From Candidatus Woesearchaeota archaeon (lineage in GTDB: Archaea; Nanobdellota; Nanobdellia; Woesearchaeales; JABIAG01), in the NCBI GenBank assembly GCA_018653365.1, contig JABIAG010000001.1, positions 480,001 to 544,000 of the forward strand: 64,000 bases of DNA. Direction: 5' to 3'. The notes under the pieces are model-generated. The model did not search any database. It was not told the origin of the DNA and saw only the letters and a program-made list of their open reading frames with translations. Positions 1 through 9,593 of this stretch are shown one piece after another (the first letter of the stretch is position 1; every line of letters starts with the position of its first letter). Made by a program: the position numbers and the translations under genes.

Positions 1-84
1 TCTGTTGCCTCTATCTCCTCTATCTTCAAAGTCTCGGCCTCTGCCGCCTCTGTTATTTCCTCTTGGTCCTTCAAATCGTGCCAT
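1..84 (-). CDS. partial hypothetical protein (runs off left edge)
   Basis: ATG at 84 and an open frame MARFEGPREEITEAAEAETLKIEEIEAT to the window edge; TATA-like TTTATAAA upstream. Confidence 0.5.
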   Translation of the reverse strand, partial: MARFEGPRGNNRGGRGRDFEDRGDRGNR

Positions 85-158
85 AAGAATGATAAAAACA
101 GGGTGAGTTTATAAAGTTATCCGGAAGAGGTGGTAAAAAATCGCTTCTTTTAATTAAA

Positions 159-1259
159 CTAACAATTTGCTTGAACCATATCACCTAATCGGTTAACAAT
201 ATGGTCGATTAATTCTTTAGATTTTGTCTCATTTACTTTCTTTGTGGGATCCCAATCTATTCCCGGACCAGAATTGCCCTCCATAAAATACAGGTTGCCA
301 TTATTACTTTTTATGAAATCTAGGGCATATAGCGAGTGTTCTAAATTCATCTTTTCATCCAATTTACTCTTTATTCTTTTAATTGCTTTTAGAACATTCC
401 AGGGAATTATGCCGTTTGGCATGTAAACTAAATTGCCTCCTTGGTGTTCGTTACACTTGAAATTGCCTTTTTTTGCAACTCTTATATATGTTTGAAGGAT
501 TTTATTGTTCATTAAAATAATACGTAAGTCAATAAACCCATTATATTCGTTAAAAACAAAGCCCTTTTCACAATTAATAAATGGTTGAAGAACAAAAGAG
601 GTTGAGGACTTTTCTTTTTGATTCTCTTTGTAATGCTCAATGATCTTTTCAAATCCGGATTTAGCAAAATCAATTTTATAAATTTTAAATCCTCCTGCAC
701 CCAAATTATCTTTTAATATGTATTTATCACTAAAATCTTCAGAATTCTCATGATCTTGTAATATACTATCAAGTTTGACTTTAGCTTCTTTAATATCTTC
801 TAGGGAAGAACTAGTTATTTCAACAGAAGGAATTGCAATTTTTTTAAACTCCTTATAGGTATATAATTTGTTTTGAAATAAAGTTTTCATCTTACGATTG
901 CTAAAAGTAGTAATAGATTTAGAAGCAGTAAGCAACCTTAATCTATTCTTTTGTTTGTCTGTAGTTGGGGAAAACTTATCAAAAAGTGTTTCTGAATAGG
1001 CTTGACACTCATGTTTAATCCACTTTTTATCAAACGTCCAAAAACTTTGAAACAAACCCGGACCAATAATATCTTTAGATGTTGTGAATGCTGCTTTAAT
1101 TCCCTTTTTTTTACACTGTAATAAAAGATAGCTGTAACTATCGTTATATCCTGCACATCTACTTTTCAAAGAGAACGGAGTTGGTTCCTCATCTCTTGCG
1201 CTAAATGTATCCTGTTTAGAATAAACAACCATAACATCAAACTTATTGGTTTTAATCAA
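159..1259 (-). CDS. ATP-grasp fold ligase (RimK/YheCD-like)
   Basis: DLRI, KCNEHQGG and ALDF...FMEGNSGPG motifs. Confidence 0.8.
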   Translation of the reverse strand: MIKTNKFDVMVVYSKQDTFSARDEEPTPFSLKSRCAGYNDSYSYLLLQCKKKGIKAAFTTSKDIIGPGLFQSFWTFDKKWIKHECQAYSETLFDKFSPTTDKQKNRLRLLTASKSITTFSNRKMKTLFQNKLYTYKEFKKIAIPSVEITSSSLEDIKEAKVKLDSILQDHENSEDFSDKYILKDNLGAGGFKIYKIDFAKSGFEKIIEHYKENQKEKSSTSFVLQPFINCEKGFVFNEYNGFIDLRIILMNNKILQTYIRVAKKGNFKCNEHQGGNLVYMPNGIIPWNVLKAIKRIKSKLDEKMNLEHSLYALDFIKSNNGNLYFMEGNSGPGIDWDPTKKVNETKSKELIDHIVNRLGDMVQANC

Positions 1260-1376
1260 ATCTTTCTATAAACGCCTCAATAAGAGTATGTGGGGGCTGT
1301 TTATAAGCTTTCTGAAAAATAGGGGGTTAATTGCTTTTTAATAAGTATTAAATATAAGTAAACTATTTTATTTAAT

Positions 1377-1835
1377 ATGAACAAAATATGGAAACTAATC
1401 ATATCTTTAGTACTGCCATTTATTGCAAGTGCGATTGGAGGATTATTTACTGTTAGTTCTGTTTCAACATGGTATGTAGATTTAGTTAAACCCTCATTTA
1501 ACCCTCCAAGTTGGCTTTTTGGTCCAGTATGGACAATATTATACTTATTAATGGGAATAGCACTTTATTTAGTTTGGACTAAAAAATTCAATAAACAAGC
1601 ATTTACACTTTTTGGAATTCAATTAGTTCTTAATGCACTATGGTCAATTCTATTTTTTGGATTAAAACAACCCCTTCTAGCATTTATAGAAATAATAATC
1701 TTGTGGGTAATGATCTTGGTTACAATAATTTATTTTTATAAAATAAATAAAAATTCGGCTTATTTGTTAATACCTTATTTGCTGTGGGTTAGCTTTGCAG
1801 CAATTCTTAATTTAGCAATATTTATTTTAAACTAA
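1377..1835 (+). CDS. tspO: TspO/MBR tryptophan-rich sensory protein
   Basis: WY..L.KPSFNPPSWLFGPVWTILY and LNALWSILFF motifs; 5 TM segments. Confidence 0.95.
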   Translation: MNKIWKLIISLVLPFIASAIGGLFTVSSVSTWYVDLVKPSFNPPSWLFGPVWTILYLLMGIALYLVWTKKFNKQAFTLFGIQLVLNALWSILFFGLKQPLLAFIEIIILWVMILVTIIYFYKINKNSAYLLIPYLLWVSFAAILNLAIFILN

Positions 1836-1836
1836 A

Positions 1837-2259
1837 ATGGTCAGAATAAATCTAATAAACCCCGAAAACCTAGCAGATCAACACTTAATCGCAGAATATA
1901 ATGAGATACTAATGTTGTTAGGTTATGTTAAAAAATATCCTTCGTTGGGAGACCTTCCTTTAAAATATAAGTTAGGAAAAGGACACGTACTGTTTTTTAA
2001 GAATAAACTTACGTATATTAAAAAAAGACATGAGCTAATAAAAAAAGAAATGAAAAAAAGAGGTTTTGCTACAAATATTACCATAAATCTTAACAAATTT
2101 AATAAAAAACTAGTTAATGATTGGAAGCCGGTCAAAGATGATGTAAATATTATCAAAAAAAGAATAATAACCAAAATAGAACTAAAACCTAACTTTTATC
2201 GATATTACGGGGTGCATAAATCTAAAAAATTCTTTATCGAATTAGTCAAAAAAGGTTGA
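1837..2259 (+). CDS. pyrimidine dimer DNA glycosylase (T4 endonuclease V family)
   Basis: RINLI.P..L.DQHLIAEY.E and LGKGHV.FF.NK motifs. Confidence 0.9.
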   Translation: MVRINLINPENLADQHLIAEYNEILMLLGYVKKYPSLGDLPLKYKLGKGHVLFFKNKLTYIKKRHELIKKEMKKRGFATNITINLNKFNKKLVNDWKPVKDDVNIIKKRIITKIELKPNFYRYYGVHKSKKFFIELVKKG

Positions 2260-2265
2260 GTGAAA

Positions 2266-2754
2266 TCATTTTTTAATCTTATTAATAATTAAGTTAATGG
2301 TTTTTATAATGGAATTCTTTTCTGTATTTATTTCAATGTCTTCTTTATCGGGGTAAGCATGTTTGTTATGCATTTCCTCAACTAATTTAGGTCTGATATA
2401 TTTCTTTTGTCGGATTCGATCGCGCTTTTTGGCCTCAGTTAGGGTGCAATGTAAGTAAAAAGAAATTATTCGGTGCTTTTTGTCTACTCTTTTCTTAACT
2501 GTGGGTGCTCTTAACTCTTGAAGAATTATGTTGATGTTATGTTTTAATAATCCCTTAGCAATGAGAAAAACAGCTTCTTTGCTTAATTCTTTGGCAAGGT
2601 TTGAATTTTTGGTTTTAATATTTTTTAACATAACATCTTTGATGTAAGCTCGGTCAACTAAAACGTAATTTGGAAGTTTATCTTTTAGTTTAGAAACAAT
2701 AGTGCTCTTACCACTACCCATAGGGCCATGAATCACAATAATATTTGCCATCAT
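2266..2754 (-). CDS. P-loop nucleotide kinase-like protein
   Basis: GPMGSGKST Walker A; RxxxR lid motif. Confidence 0.8.
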   Translation of the reverse strand: MMANIIVIHGPMGSGKSTIVSKLKDKLPNYVLVDRAYIKDVMLKNIKTKNSNLAKELSKEAVFLIAKGLLKHNINIILQELRAPTVKKRVDKKHRIISFYLHCTLTEAKKRDRIRQKKYIRPKLVEEMHNKHAYPDKEDIEINTEKNSIIKTINLIINKIKK

Positions 2755-2863
2755 ATAATTTGATTAAGTGAGTTTAAATACTTTTTGTATGGACTTTTTA
2801 TTTATTTAGTTCAACACGTTTAGTAAGTTCAATAGCATTCGCTAAAAAACTGTTTGTAAGACT

Positions 2864-3055
2864 TTAAGCTCTTTTTAATCGTTTTTCAACCAAAAGTTTA
2901 ATTAATTTGTCTGTAAGCTTAAACTCTGCTCTTGCTTCTATCAAAACTTCATAAAAAACATCCAAAGGAACTATTATGCTTTCAGTATAATCTTCAATTT
3001 TGATTAAGGGATCACCTTTGAATCTTCCATTAATTTTAATTTTCTTACGTCCCAT
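2864..3055 (-). CDS. small hypothetical protein
   Basis: ORF with upstream TATA-like element. Confidence 0.55.
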   Translation of the reverse strand: MGRKKIKINGRFKGDPLIKIEDYTESIIVPLDVFYEVLIEARAEFKLTDKLIKLLVEKRLKRA

Positions 3056-3150
3056 TTCACATCAACCAGTATAACAATAAGAAAAGATTATATAAATGTT
3101 TCTATTTTATAAAAGGGATTATGAATGGGTGTATTTGAGTGATAACTTCT

Positions 3151-3879
3151 TTAAGGTTTGGTTACTTTCCATAAAAGATCAAAGTATTTGCGGTATGAAT
3201 CTGCTGCGATTTTTTCATCGATAAGAACTCCAAATGGTTTAGGTAAGTATACAAGTATTGCTACCCTATTGCCACAGATTACTGTTTCAGTCATTTGTTC
3301 AAATACTTGTTTTGTAGTTCGGACTTCAGTTAAGGGGTACTCATTCATGATGGGAACCCAATGTTTTATTGAGGCGTTAAAAATTAATTGGGCTTTGATT
3401 TTTTTTTCATAACGTTTAGTGTGGAAGTTCTTCCAAAAAAAATCTCCAAAAAGGTCAATGCTTGTTTGGTTGCCTCCATATGCTACGTACTTTTTTGCAT
3501 CAGTGTCGAGCATATGGTGGAGAAGTTCTTTAGCTCCTTTAAAGCCTTGATAAACAATAACTTGTGGTTTAGATTCGGATGCTTTAATTCTTGCTTGTAA
3601 TTCGGGAATAATGCTTTGTAGATTTGCACGTTTTTCTTCTAAATGTGTTAGAAGTAAATTTGGGTCAACTGCTTGATAATTTTTCTTTTTACTAACTAAA
3701 GTGTAAGTAAGTAGGCCCTTACCGGTTAATGAATGCAATGCTCTGTGAATTGTAGTATTTTGGAGCCCTGTTTTTTCCATGATGTCGCCTGCACTTGATG
3801 AACCTAAGTCAATTAAAGCAAGAAAAACTTTGATTTCTATTTGTGTTAAGCCAATATCTTGAAGTATTGAGGTATCCAT
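3151..3879 (-). CDS. TrmB-family transcriptional regulator
   Basis: IGLT..E.KVF.AL...G N-terminal wHTH plus effector-type C-terminal domain. Confidence 0.9.
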   Translation of the reverse strand: MDTSILQDIGLTQIEIKVFLALIDLGSSSAGDIMEKTGLQNTTIHRALHSLTGKGLLTYTLVSKKKNYQAVDPNLLLTHLEEKRANLQSIIPELQARIKASESKPQVIVYQGFKGAKELLHHMLDTDAKKYVAYGGNQTSIDLFGDFFWKNFHTKRYEKKIKAQLIFNASIKHWVPIMNEYPLTEVRTTKQVFEQMTETVICGNRVAILVYLPKPFGVLIDEKIAADSYRKYFDLLWKVTKP

Positions 3880-3976
3880 ATTAAACTAATATTGTGCTTA
3901 CTTAAATATCTTTCTATTCACGTACACAAATGTGGACACAAATAGTTATATGTGCCGTCTCTTTCTAGTAGTTAAA

Positions 3977-5083
3977 ATGAAACATAAAAATATTTTATAT
4001 ATATTTATTGTGCTGAGTTTAATCGCGGTTACTTTTTTTGTATTTCAAAACAACCCAGACTCACAAAACATTAAAATTGGAGCATTATTAATTTTAACTG
4101 GTACTGGCGCTGAATGGGGTCAACACTCAGTTCAAGGAATAGATTTAGCTGTTGAAGAAATAAATGCTCGAGGGGGAGTTTTAGGAAAACAATTGCAAAT
4201 TGTTTACGAAGACAATCCAAATGATGATGGAAACAGCGCATTAACATCATTAAACAAATTAATTCAAGATGATGTTCAAATAGTGGTGGGAACTACCTGG
4301 TCTGGTTCAGGACTGGCAACAGCACCTGCAGCTTGTGAAAATAAACTTCTTATGATCTCGCCAACATTGGGAGTTGCAGGTTTTAATGAGGAATGCGATT
4401 ACATATTCAACTTATGGCCACATGACAAATACATAAACGAACAATATGGCGCATATATCTATCAACAAGGGTATAATAAAATAGCAATCATAGGTTCACA
4501 ACAAATATGGGAAAAAGAGCAAGCAGATGCAATTAAGAAAGGATTTGAAGAAGCCGGAGGCGAAGTTGTTATCTTTGAAAATGGACTACCAAATCAAAAG
4601 GATTTCAGAACAGATGTTCTAAAGATAAAAAGTTCTGAAGCGGAAGCAATAGCAATTACTAGAAACTTTGGAGTTTCTTTGCTAAGTAAAGATATCAAAA
4701 AAGCAGGTCTGGAACTTCCAATATATACTGCACATCTAGACGCAAGTTATCTAGTTGAAGCCGAAGGTAGTTTAGAGGGAGCATATTCAAGTAATGCATT
4801 CTTACCTACAGAAGAGTTTAAAACAAAATTCCAAGGAATATATGGTGTAGAACCTGAAATAGGTGCAGACTCTTCATATGATACAATCATGTTTATTGCT
4901 CAAGCAATTGAAAGCACACAATCTACTGACCCAACTGTCTTAAAAGATTATATGAACGCTGTTGAAGTATTTGAGGGTGCATCTGGAAAGCTCATATTTG
5001 ATGACAAGGGCGGAGTGGACAAGACTGGTTACGTGACAGTTGCAAAAGGAGATCAACTAGTATTCCTGGAGAACATCCAATGA
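3977..5083 (+). CDS. membrane-anchored LivK-like (branched-chain amino acid type) substrate-binding protein
   Basis: IKIG..L.LTG..A.WG...GI.LAVEEINA.GG..G motif; N-terminal TM; ATG 3977 preferred over GTG 3932. Confidence 0.9.
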   Translation: MKHKNILYIFIVLSLIAVTFFVFQNNPDSQNIKIGALLILTGTGAEWGQHSVQGIDLAVEEINARGGVLGKQLQIVYEDNPNDDGNSALTSLNKLIQDDVQIVVGTTWSGSGLATAPAACENKLLMISPTLGVAGFNEECDYIFNLWPHDKYINEQYGAYIYQQGYNKIAIIGSQQIWEKEQADAIKKGFEEAGGEVVIFENGLPNQKDFRTDVLKIKSSEAEAIAITRNFGVSLLSKDIKKAGLELPIYTAHLDASYLVEAEGSLEGAYSSNAFLPTEEFKTKFQGIYGVEPEIGADSSYDTIMFIAQAIESTQSTDPTVLKDYMNAVEVFEGASGKLIFDDKGGVDKTGYVTVAKGDQLVFLENIQ

Positions 5084-5805
5084 AGACCAAAGCAAATGCG
5101 TTCAAAGGTAAAATAAGTAAGGGATATGATATTTTAAAGAAAAATATTTTCCCAAACTATTTTGATTTACAAAAAATTGTGGCATTGGAGTTAAAGAAGA
5201 ATCTTAAATCAAAACCTCATTTACTAGATATTGGTCTGGGTACTGGAGTTTCTACAGAAACCGCATTTTCAGTTAACAAAAATGCACACATTACTGCTGT
5301 TGATAATTCAGCGGAAATGACCAAACAGGCGAAACATACGCTACTTGAATGTATAACTGAGGGAAAATTATTAGTAGTTACAAATGATGCACTAAAGTTT
5401 CTTAAAACAGCAAAAACCGCTTCATTTGATGCAATTTTCTCAGTATTAACCATACATAACTTCACAAACAGTTACAAGAAAAAAGCGTTAAAAGAAATTT
5501 ACAGAGTGATGAAAAAAGAAGCAATCTTTGTAAATGCAGATAAAATCGCACAAAACAACATAAACGAACATCAAAAACACTTCAAAGACAAACTCGAGCT
5601 TATCAGAACGGAATTCTCCAAAGAGAACAGACAAGATTTAGTAAAAGAATGGACCGATCACTATCTTGTTGATAACAAACCTAATATAAAGATAAACGAA
5701 AAAGAACTTAGAACGTTGATGGAAGATGCAGGTTTTACTTCTATAAAAAAAATATATCGCGAAGGTATGGATGCCATTATTATTGCAAAAAAGACAGTTG
5801 ATTAA
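5080..5805 (+). CDS. class I SAM-dependent methyltransferase
   Basis: LLDIGLGTG motif I; ATGA overlap with upstream gene. Confidence 0.85.
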   Translation: MKTKANAFKGKISKGYDILKKNIFPNYFDLQKIVALELKKNLKSKPHLLDIGLGTGVSTETAFSVNKNAHITAVDNSAEMTKQAKHTLLECITEGKLLVVTNDALKFLKTAKTASFDAIFSVLTIHNFTNSYKKKALKEIYRVMKKEAIFVNADKIAQNNINEHQKHFKDKLELIRTEFSKENRQDLVKEWTDHYLVDNKPNIKINEKELRTLMEDAGFTSIKKIYREGMDAIIIAKKTVD

Positions 5806-5900
5806 ATTTATAAACCTTCTTATTTTGTTAATTAATGACTAGAAAATAGTTTGTAACCCAAAACGATAAATTTAAAAATTAACTAAGTATTGAAAAAATA

Positions 5901-6505
5901 ATGATTGAACAATTAATCTTGATTGCATTGGGATTTATTGCCTTTTTCGCAACAGGAATAGACGATACTATTGCGTATGCAGGTTCTTATTTAAGTAATA
6001 AAAGAGAAATAAATAGAAGATTGATCTCTTTTGGAATAATTTTAGGAACTCTTGTTGCTTTAGGAATTTCAATCTTTGCAGGAAAACTGATGTTAAACGT
6101 TCCGTCAAGACACTTAATTGGAGGAGCAGTTCTGATAACTTTAGGTTTAGTATCATTCACTAGCTCTTGGAGAGGCACAAAACTAACAGAATCTCATACA
6201 AAAAGAGTAGAAAAACACCTAGAAAAATCCTTAAACAAAACATATTTCGCCAAACCCAGATAATCTTATTGGGATTTGTTCTTTTCTTTGCAACAGGAAT
6301 AGACGATATACTTGCTTATTCAAATTTAATGATGATTGAAGGATCCTGGTGGACAATATGTGTTGGAGTACTCATAGCAACATTTGTTTCTTTATTCATA
6401 GCACACCTGTTAGAAGAAAAACTAGAAAAATTCCCACACCCAGAAAAAATAGGTGGCACAATAATCATCCTAATGGGAATTTTATTGGCATTACAGATTC
6501 TATAA
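5901..6505 (+). pseudogene. CadD/LysE-superfamily transporter split by a frameshift near 6255-6262
   Basis: Homologous halves FFATGIDDTIAY and FFATGIDDILAY lie in different frames; one added base joins them. Confidence 0.75.
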
Positions 6506-6552
6506 TTGATTTCTTAAAAGCTTTAGAGAATAATAATGTTGTTGGAAGTAAG

Positions 6553-6574
6553 ACGCCACCGCCCGACGTCGAAC
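6553..6574 (-). repeat. distal att site (copy of tRNA-Ser 3' end)
   Basis: ACGCCACCGCCC-gacg-TCGAAC matches 33833-33854 ACGCCACCGCCC-agat-TCGAAC (12-bp identical core, 18/22 overall). Confidence 0.8.
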
Positions 6575-6749
6575 GTGCAGTTCATATCCGCAACTAATTC
6601 CTGCTTCTTATAACGTAACTAACCCGTAGGTGATATAAATAATCTTCCATTTTGCGATGAGAGGTTCTAGTCAATGATTGAGCCATCTCATCATAATAAA
6701 AACAAGATTTAAATACTTTGTAGCCCTGAAAGGTACTTGAAGATTAAAT

Positions 6750-7589
6750 ATGAAAGTTATCTTAAGTAGAAAAGGGTTCGATTCAGGTTACGGTGGTTAT
6801 CCTAGTTTAATTCTTCCAGATTGTAAATTGATATCGCTTCCGATTCCTTCAAAGGATTCAACAAGATATTCTGATTTAAAATTAAATAAACAACAGACAT
6901 ATTTTGATTTAATGAAAGAAATAAAACCCGCAATTAAATATAACAAACAATGGCATGAATTAACAAAAGATACAGAATGTCATTTAGATCCAGATATTTA
7001 TACTTCTGTTTTAGAAAGAAGTAAAGAATGGAAAGCTTGTTTTGGACAAGTTGGAGGATCACAAACGCATTTAATGAATCAAAATGTTAAAGAAGGAGAT
7101 TTGTTTTTGTTTTTTGGTTGGTTTAAACAAACCCGTTTGAAAGATAAAAAACTATGTTTTGATAAATTGGCCCATGATTTACATGTTATTTTTGGCTATT
7201 TTCAAATCGGCGAAATAATACATACTAACCAGCAGACCCAAATTTCTAAATGGTTAAAGTCTCACCCGCATATGTTAGAAAAATATAATAACAAAAAACA
7301 AAATACTATTTATATCGCAAGAAACACATTAACCTGGAATGATAAACTGCCTGGTGCAGGTACTTTCAAATTTAATCAAGATCTAGTTTTAACTAAAAAA
7401 GGCTTTTCACGTTCAAGGTGGAAGCTATCCGATTTCTTTGAGAATGTAAACATAAGTCATCATTCTAAAAAGTCTTGGAAACATGAAGGATACTTTCAAT
7501 CTGCAGGTATCGGACAAGAATTTGTGATTGAAGACAATGTTCTAATTGAAAACTGGGCTAAAAACTTAATAAAAAACAATACAGTTTAG
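6750..7589 (+). CDS. Nmad3 (nucleotide modification associated domain 3) protein
   Basis: MKVILSRKGFDS..GG.PS.I.PD...ISLPIP, HLDPD and GDLFLFFGWF signatures. Confidence 0.85.
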   Translation: MKVILSRKGFDSGYGGYPSLILPDCKLISLPIPSKDSTRYSDLKLNKQQTYFDLMKEIKPAIKYNKQWHELTKDTECHLDPDIYTSVLERSKEWKACFGQVGGSQTHLMNQNVKEGDLFLFFGWFKQTRLKDKKLCFDKLAHDLHVIFGYFQIGEIIHTNQQTQISKWLKSHPHMLEKYNNKKQNTIYIARNTLTWNDKLPGAGTFKFNQDLVLTKKGFSRSRWKLSDFFENVNISHHSKKSWKHEGYFQSAGIGQEFVIEDNVLIENWAKNLIKNNTV

Positions 7590-7600
7590 AAATACATCGT

Positions 7601-7873
7601 TCATTTATCCTGAAGATAAAAACACTTTTCACAAAACGATTTAACATCTTTCTTTTCATAATCATCACAATGTACGGTAGCGGGCTCCCCACAATTACAT
7701 GTGGGTTTTGCCGTTTTCCAAGTTTCCTCAAAGATTCTTTGACATTCTGGATTATTACACACCATATCTTCTATATCTACATGCATAAGCTCAAACTCTT
7801 CATTAATGGGCGTAGTAACAGTTACATCGGTTTTAAACATTTTTCTACACACTTGACATTCTAACTTTCGCAT
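7601..7873 (-). CDS. small Zn-finger protein
   Basis: Multiple CxxC, CxC and CxxxxC pairs. Confidence 0.65.
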   Translation of the reverse strand: MRKLECQVCRKMFKTDVTVTTPINEEFELMHVDIEDMVCNNPECQRIFEETWKTAKPTCNCGEPATVHCDDYEKKDVKSFCEKCFYLQDK

Positions 7874-7909
7874 TTTTATATAAAACCCCTCATTATTACA
7901 TAGAACATA

Positions 7910-8119
7910 TTATTTCACAAACCTTGTTTGGTCTAAACACTTTTTACACTTAATAATTATTTTGCCATTTTTAATAAAGGGTGTTGGATATTTTACTTTC
8001 TTACCACAATTATGGCAAATTTCCCAATTTCCAGGCATTTCTTCATACTTTTTTTCACACTCAGAACTACATAAGAACTTTTCGGTTTCTTTTCCACAAA
8101 TAAAACATTTTGATTTCAT
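7910..8119 (-). CDS. small double Zn-ribbon protein
   Basis: CFICG...CSSEC...CHNCG...CKKC. Confidence 0.7.
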   Translation of the reverse strand: MKSKCFICGKETEKFLCSSECEKKYEEMPGNWEICHNCGKKVKYPTPFIKNGKIIIKCKKCLDQTRFVK

Positions 8120-8166
8120 TTTATTGATTTAATAATGTTTGACTAAATAAATATTGTTGTATTAGA

Positions 8167-8529
8167 ATGCCGAAAAGCTTAAATACTAGGTGCTATCATA
8201 TGCTATACGTGACTGTTCAAATGAATATGCGACTATCAGAAAAACTCATTTCAGATATAGACTTTGTAGCTCAAATATTGGGCGTTACAAGAAGTGAATG
8301 GCTAAAAGTAAAATTCGCAGAATTTGTAAAAGAACAAAAAGAAATACTATTAGAAGAACTAGAAATGAAATTCGTAAGAGAACAAATAACCGAAACCGAA
8401 TTTAAGAAAAAAGCAGGATACGCTCCAACTAAAGCAATGATGTATGCACAAAAACAAATAAAACAAGCAGCACAAAACTATCTCTCCGATATGACAAACA
8501 AAGCATTAAAAAGAAAATATGGCTATTGA
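8167..8529 (+). CDS. ribbon-helix-helix protein (true start probably 8200-8221)
   Basis: MNMRLSEKLISDID.VA..LGVTRSEWL RHH pattern. Confidence 0.75.
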   Translation: MPKSLNTRCYHMLYVTVQMNMRLSEKLISDIDFVAQILGVTRSEWLKVKFAEFVKEQKEILLEELEMKFVREQITETEFKKKAGYAPTKAMMYAQKQIKQAAQNYLSDMTNKALKRKYGY

Positions 8530-8541
8530 ATGGGATGAAAA

Positions 8542-8730
8542 ATGGAATTAAAAGATAAAGTAGCAATCATGACTGATGAGGGTATTCATAATATTGTGAT
8601 GTCTGCGTGTAAGAAGTTTAATTTAAGTTTTGAAGAAGCTAATGATTTAGTGGGTGATTGGATACGTTATTCTTATGATCTAAAAAGAGCAGAAGAAGAA
8701 AAAAATAAGGGAGTTTTAAAAAGTTTTTAA
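8542..8730 (+). CDS. small hypothetical protein; a -1 frame continues to 8852
   Basis: ORF track plus an open -1 frame at 8709-8852. Confidence 0.55.
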   Translation: MELKDKVAIMTDEGIHNIVMSACKKFNLSFEEANDLVGDWIRYSYDLKRAEEEKNKGVLKSF

Positions 8731-8903
8731 TAAGAGAGGTCCTAATAATTAAACTAACTAAACTAAGTAAAGAATTAGAAGCTGAAATGCCAGAAGAAAT
8801 TAGAAAATTAAGAATGTTCTATTTTGAGGAAATTGAAGGAAAACTCTATTAATCCTGGTTGGTTGTAGAAAGTATTTTAAATGTGGAGTGTTATTTATGC
8901 ACG

Positions 8904-9593
8904 ATGGTTATAAAAACGGTTTCAATAAAACAAGCATATAAGCAATGGGCAGGTAAGTATGAACAAGATTTGCCTTACCTTTTTGAAAGTGAAAGTGAAA
9001 AGATAATGCCTCTACTTGGAAATGTTAAAGGAAAAAGAATTCTTGATTTAGGTTGTGGTACGGGACGATATAGCATTGCGCTTGCCAAAAAAGGCGCAAT
9101 TGTAACAGCTGTTGACTTTTCTGAAGAAATGTTGTCTATGGCTAAAGATAAAGCTAAAAATGCTAAAGTTAAGATTGATTTTAAGTGTATTGATTTGAAA
9201 AAGAAATTTCCATTTAAAAAAGAAAGCTTTGATATTGTTTTATCAATGTTAGTTCTTGGACATTTCAAGAATTTAGAACCTATGATAAATAAAATTTCAA
9301 AAGTTCTTAAACTCGATGGAACATGTATGATTTCAACATTCAATCCAAATAAAGAAGGCGGGAAAATGGCACTTGTTCAAAGTCTCGGGCTTGACGCAAG
9401 AAAGTATTCACAAACAAAAGAAGAATACATTAATGCTATAAAAAAAGCCAAACTTTCACTTGAAAAGTATTTGGAAATAAAATTCTCAAAGCAGGCGGTA
9501 TTTAATGCAAAGAAAGATGGTGTAAACCTTAAACCTTACAGCCATAAACCCTTTCTAATAGCTTTTAAAATAAGAAAGAAGATTAACTTTTAA
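8904..9593 (+). CDS. class I SAM-dependent methyltransferase
   Basis: ILDLGCGTGR motif; ATG 8904 preferred. Confidence 0.9.
   Translation: MVIKTVSIKQAYKQWAGKYEQDLPYLFESESEKIMPLLGNVKGKRILDLGCGTGRYSIALAKKGAIVTAVDFSEEMLSMAKDKAKNAKVKIDFKCIDLKKKFPFKKESFDIVLSMLVLGHFKNLEPMINKISKVLKLDGTCMISTFNPNKEGGKMALVQSLGLDARKYSQTKEEYINAIKKAKLSLEKYLEIKFSKQAVFNAKKDGVNLKPYSHKPFLIAFKIRKKINF

Noticed and set aside
6349-6597. 82-aa ORF spanning the att site
   Set aside because: Out-of-frame overlap with the CadD-like gene; no protein-like features.
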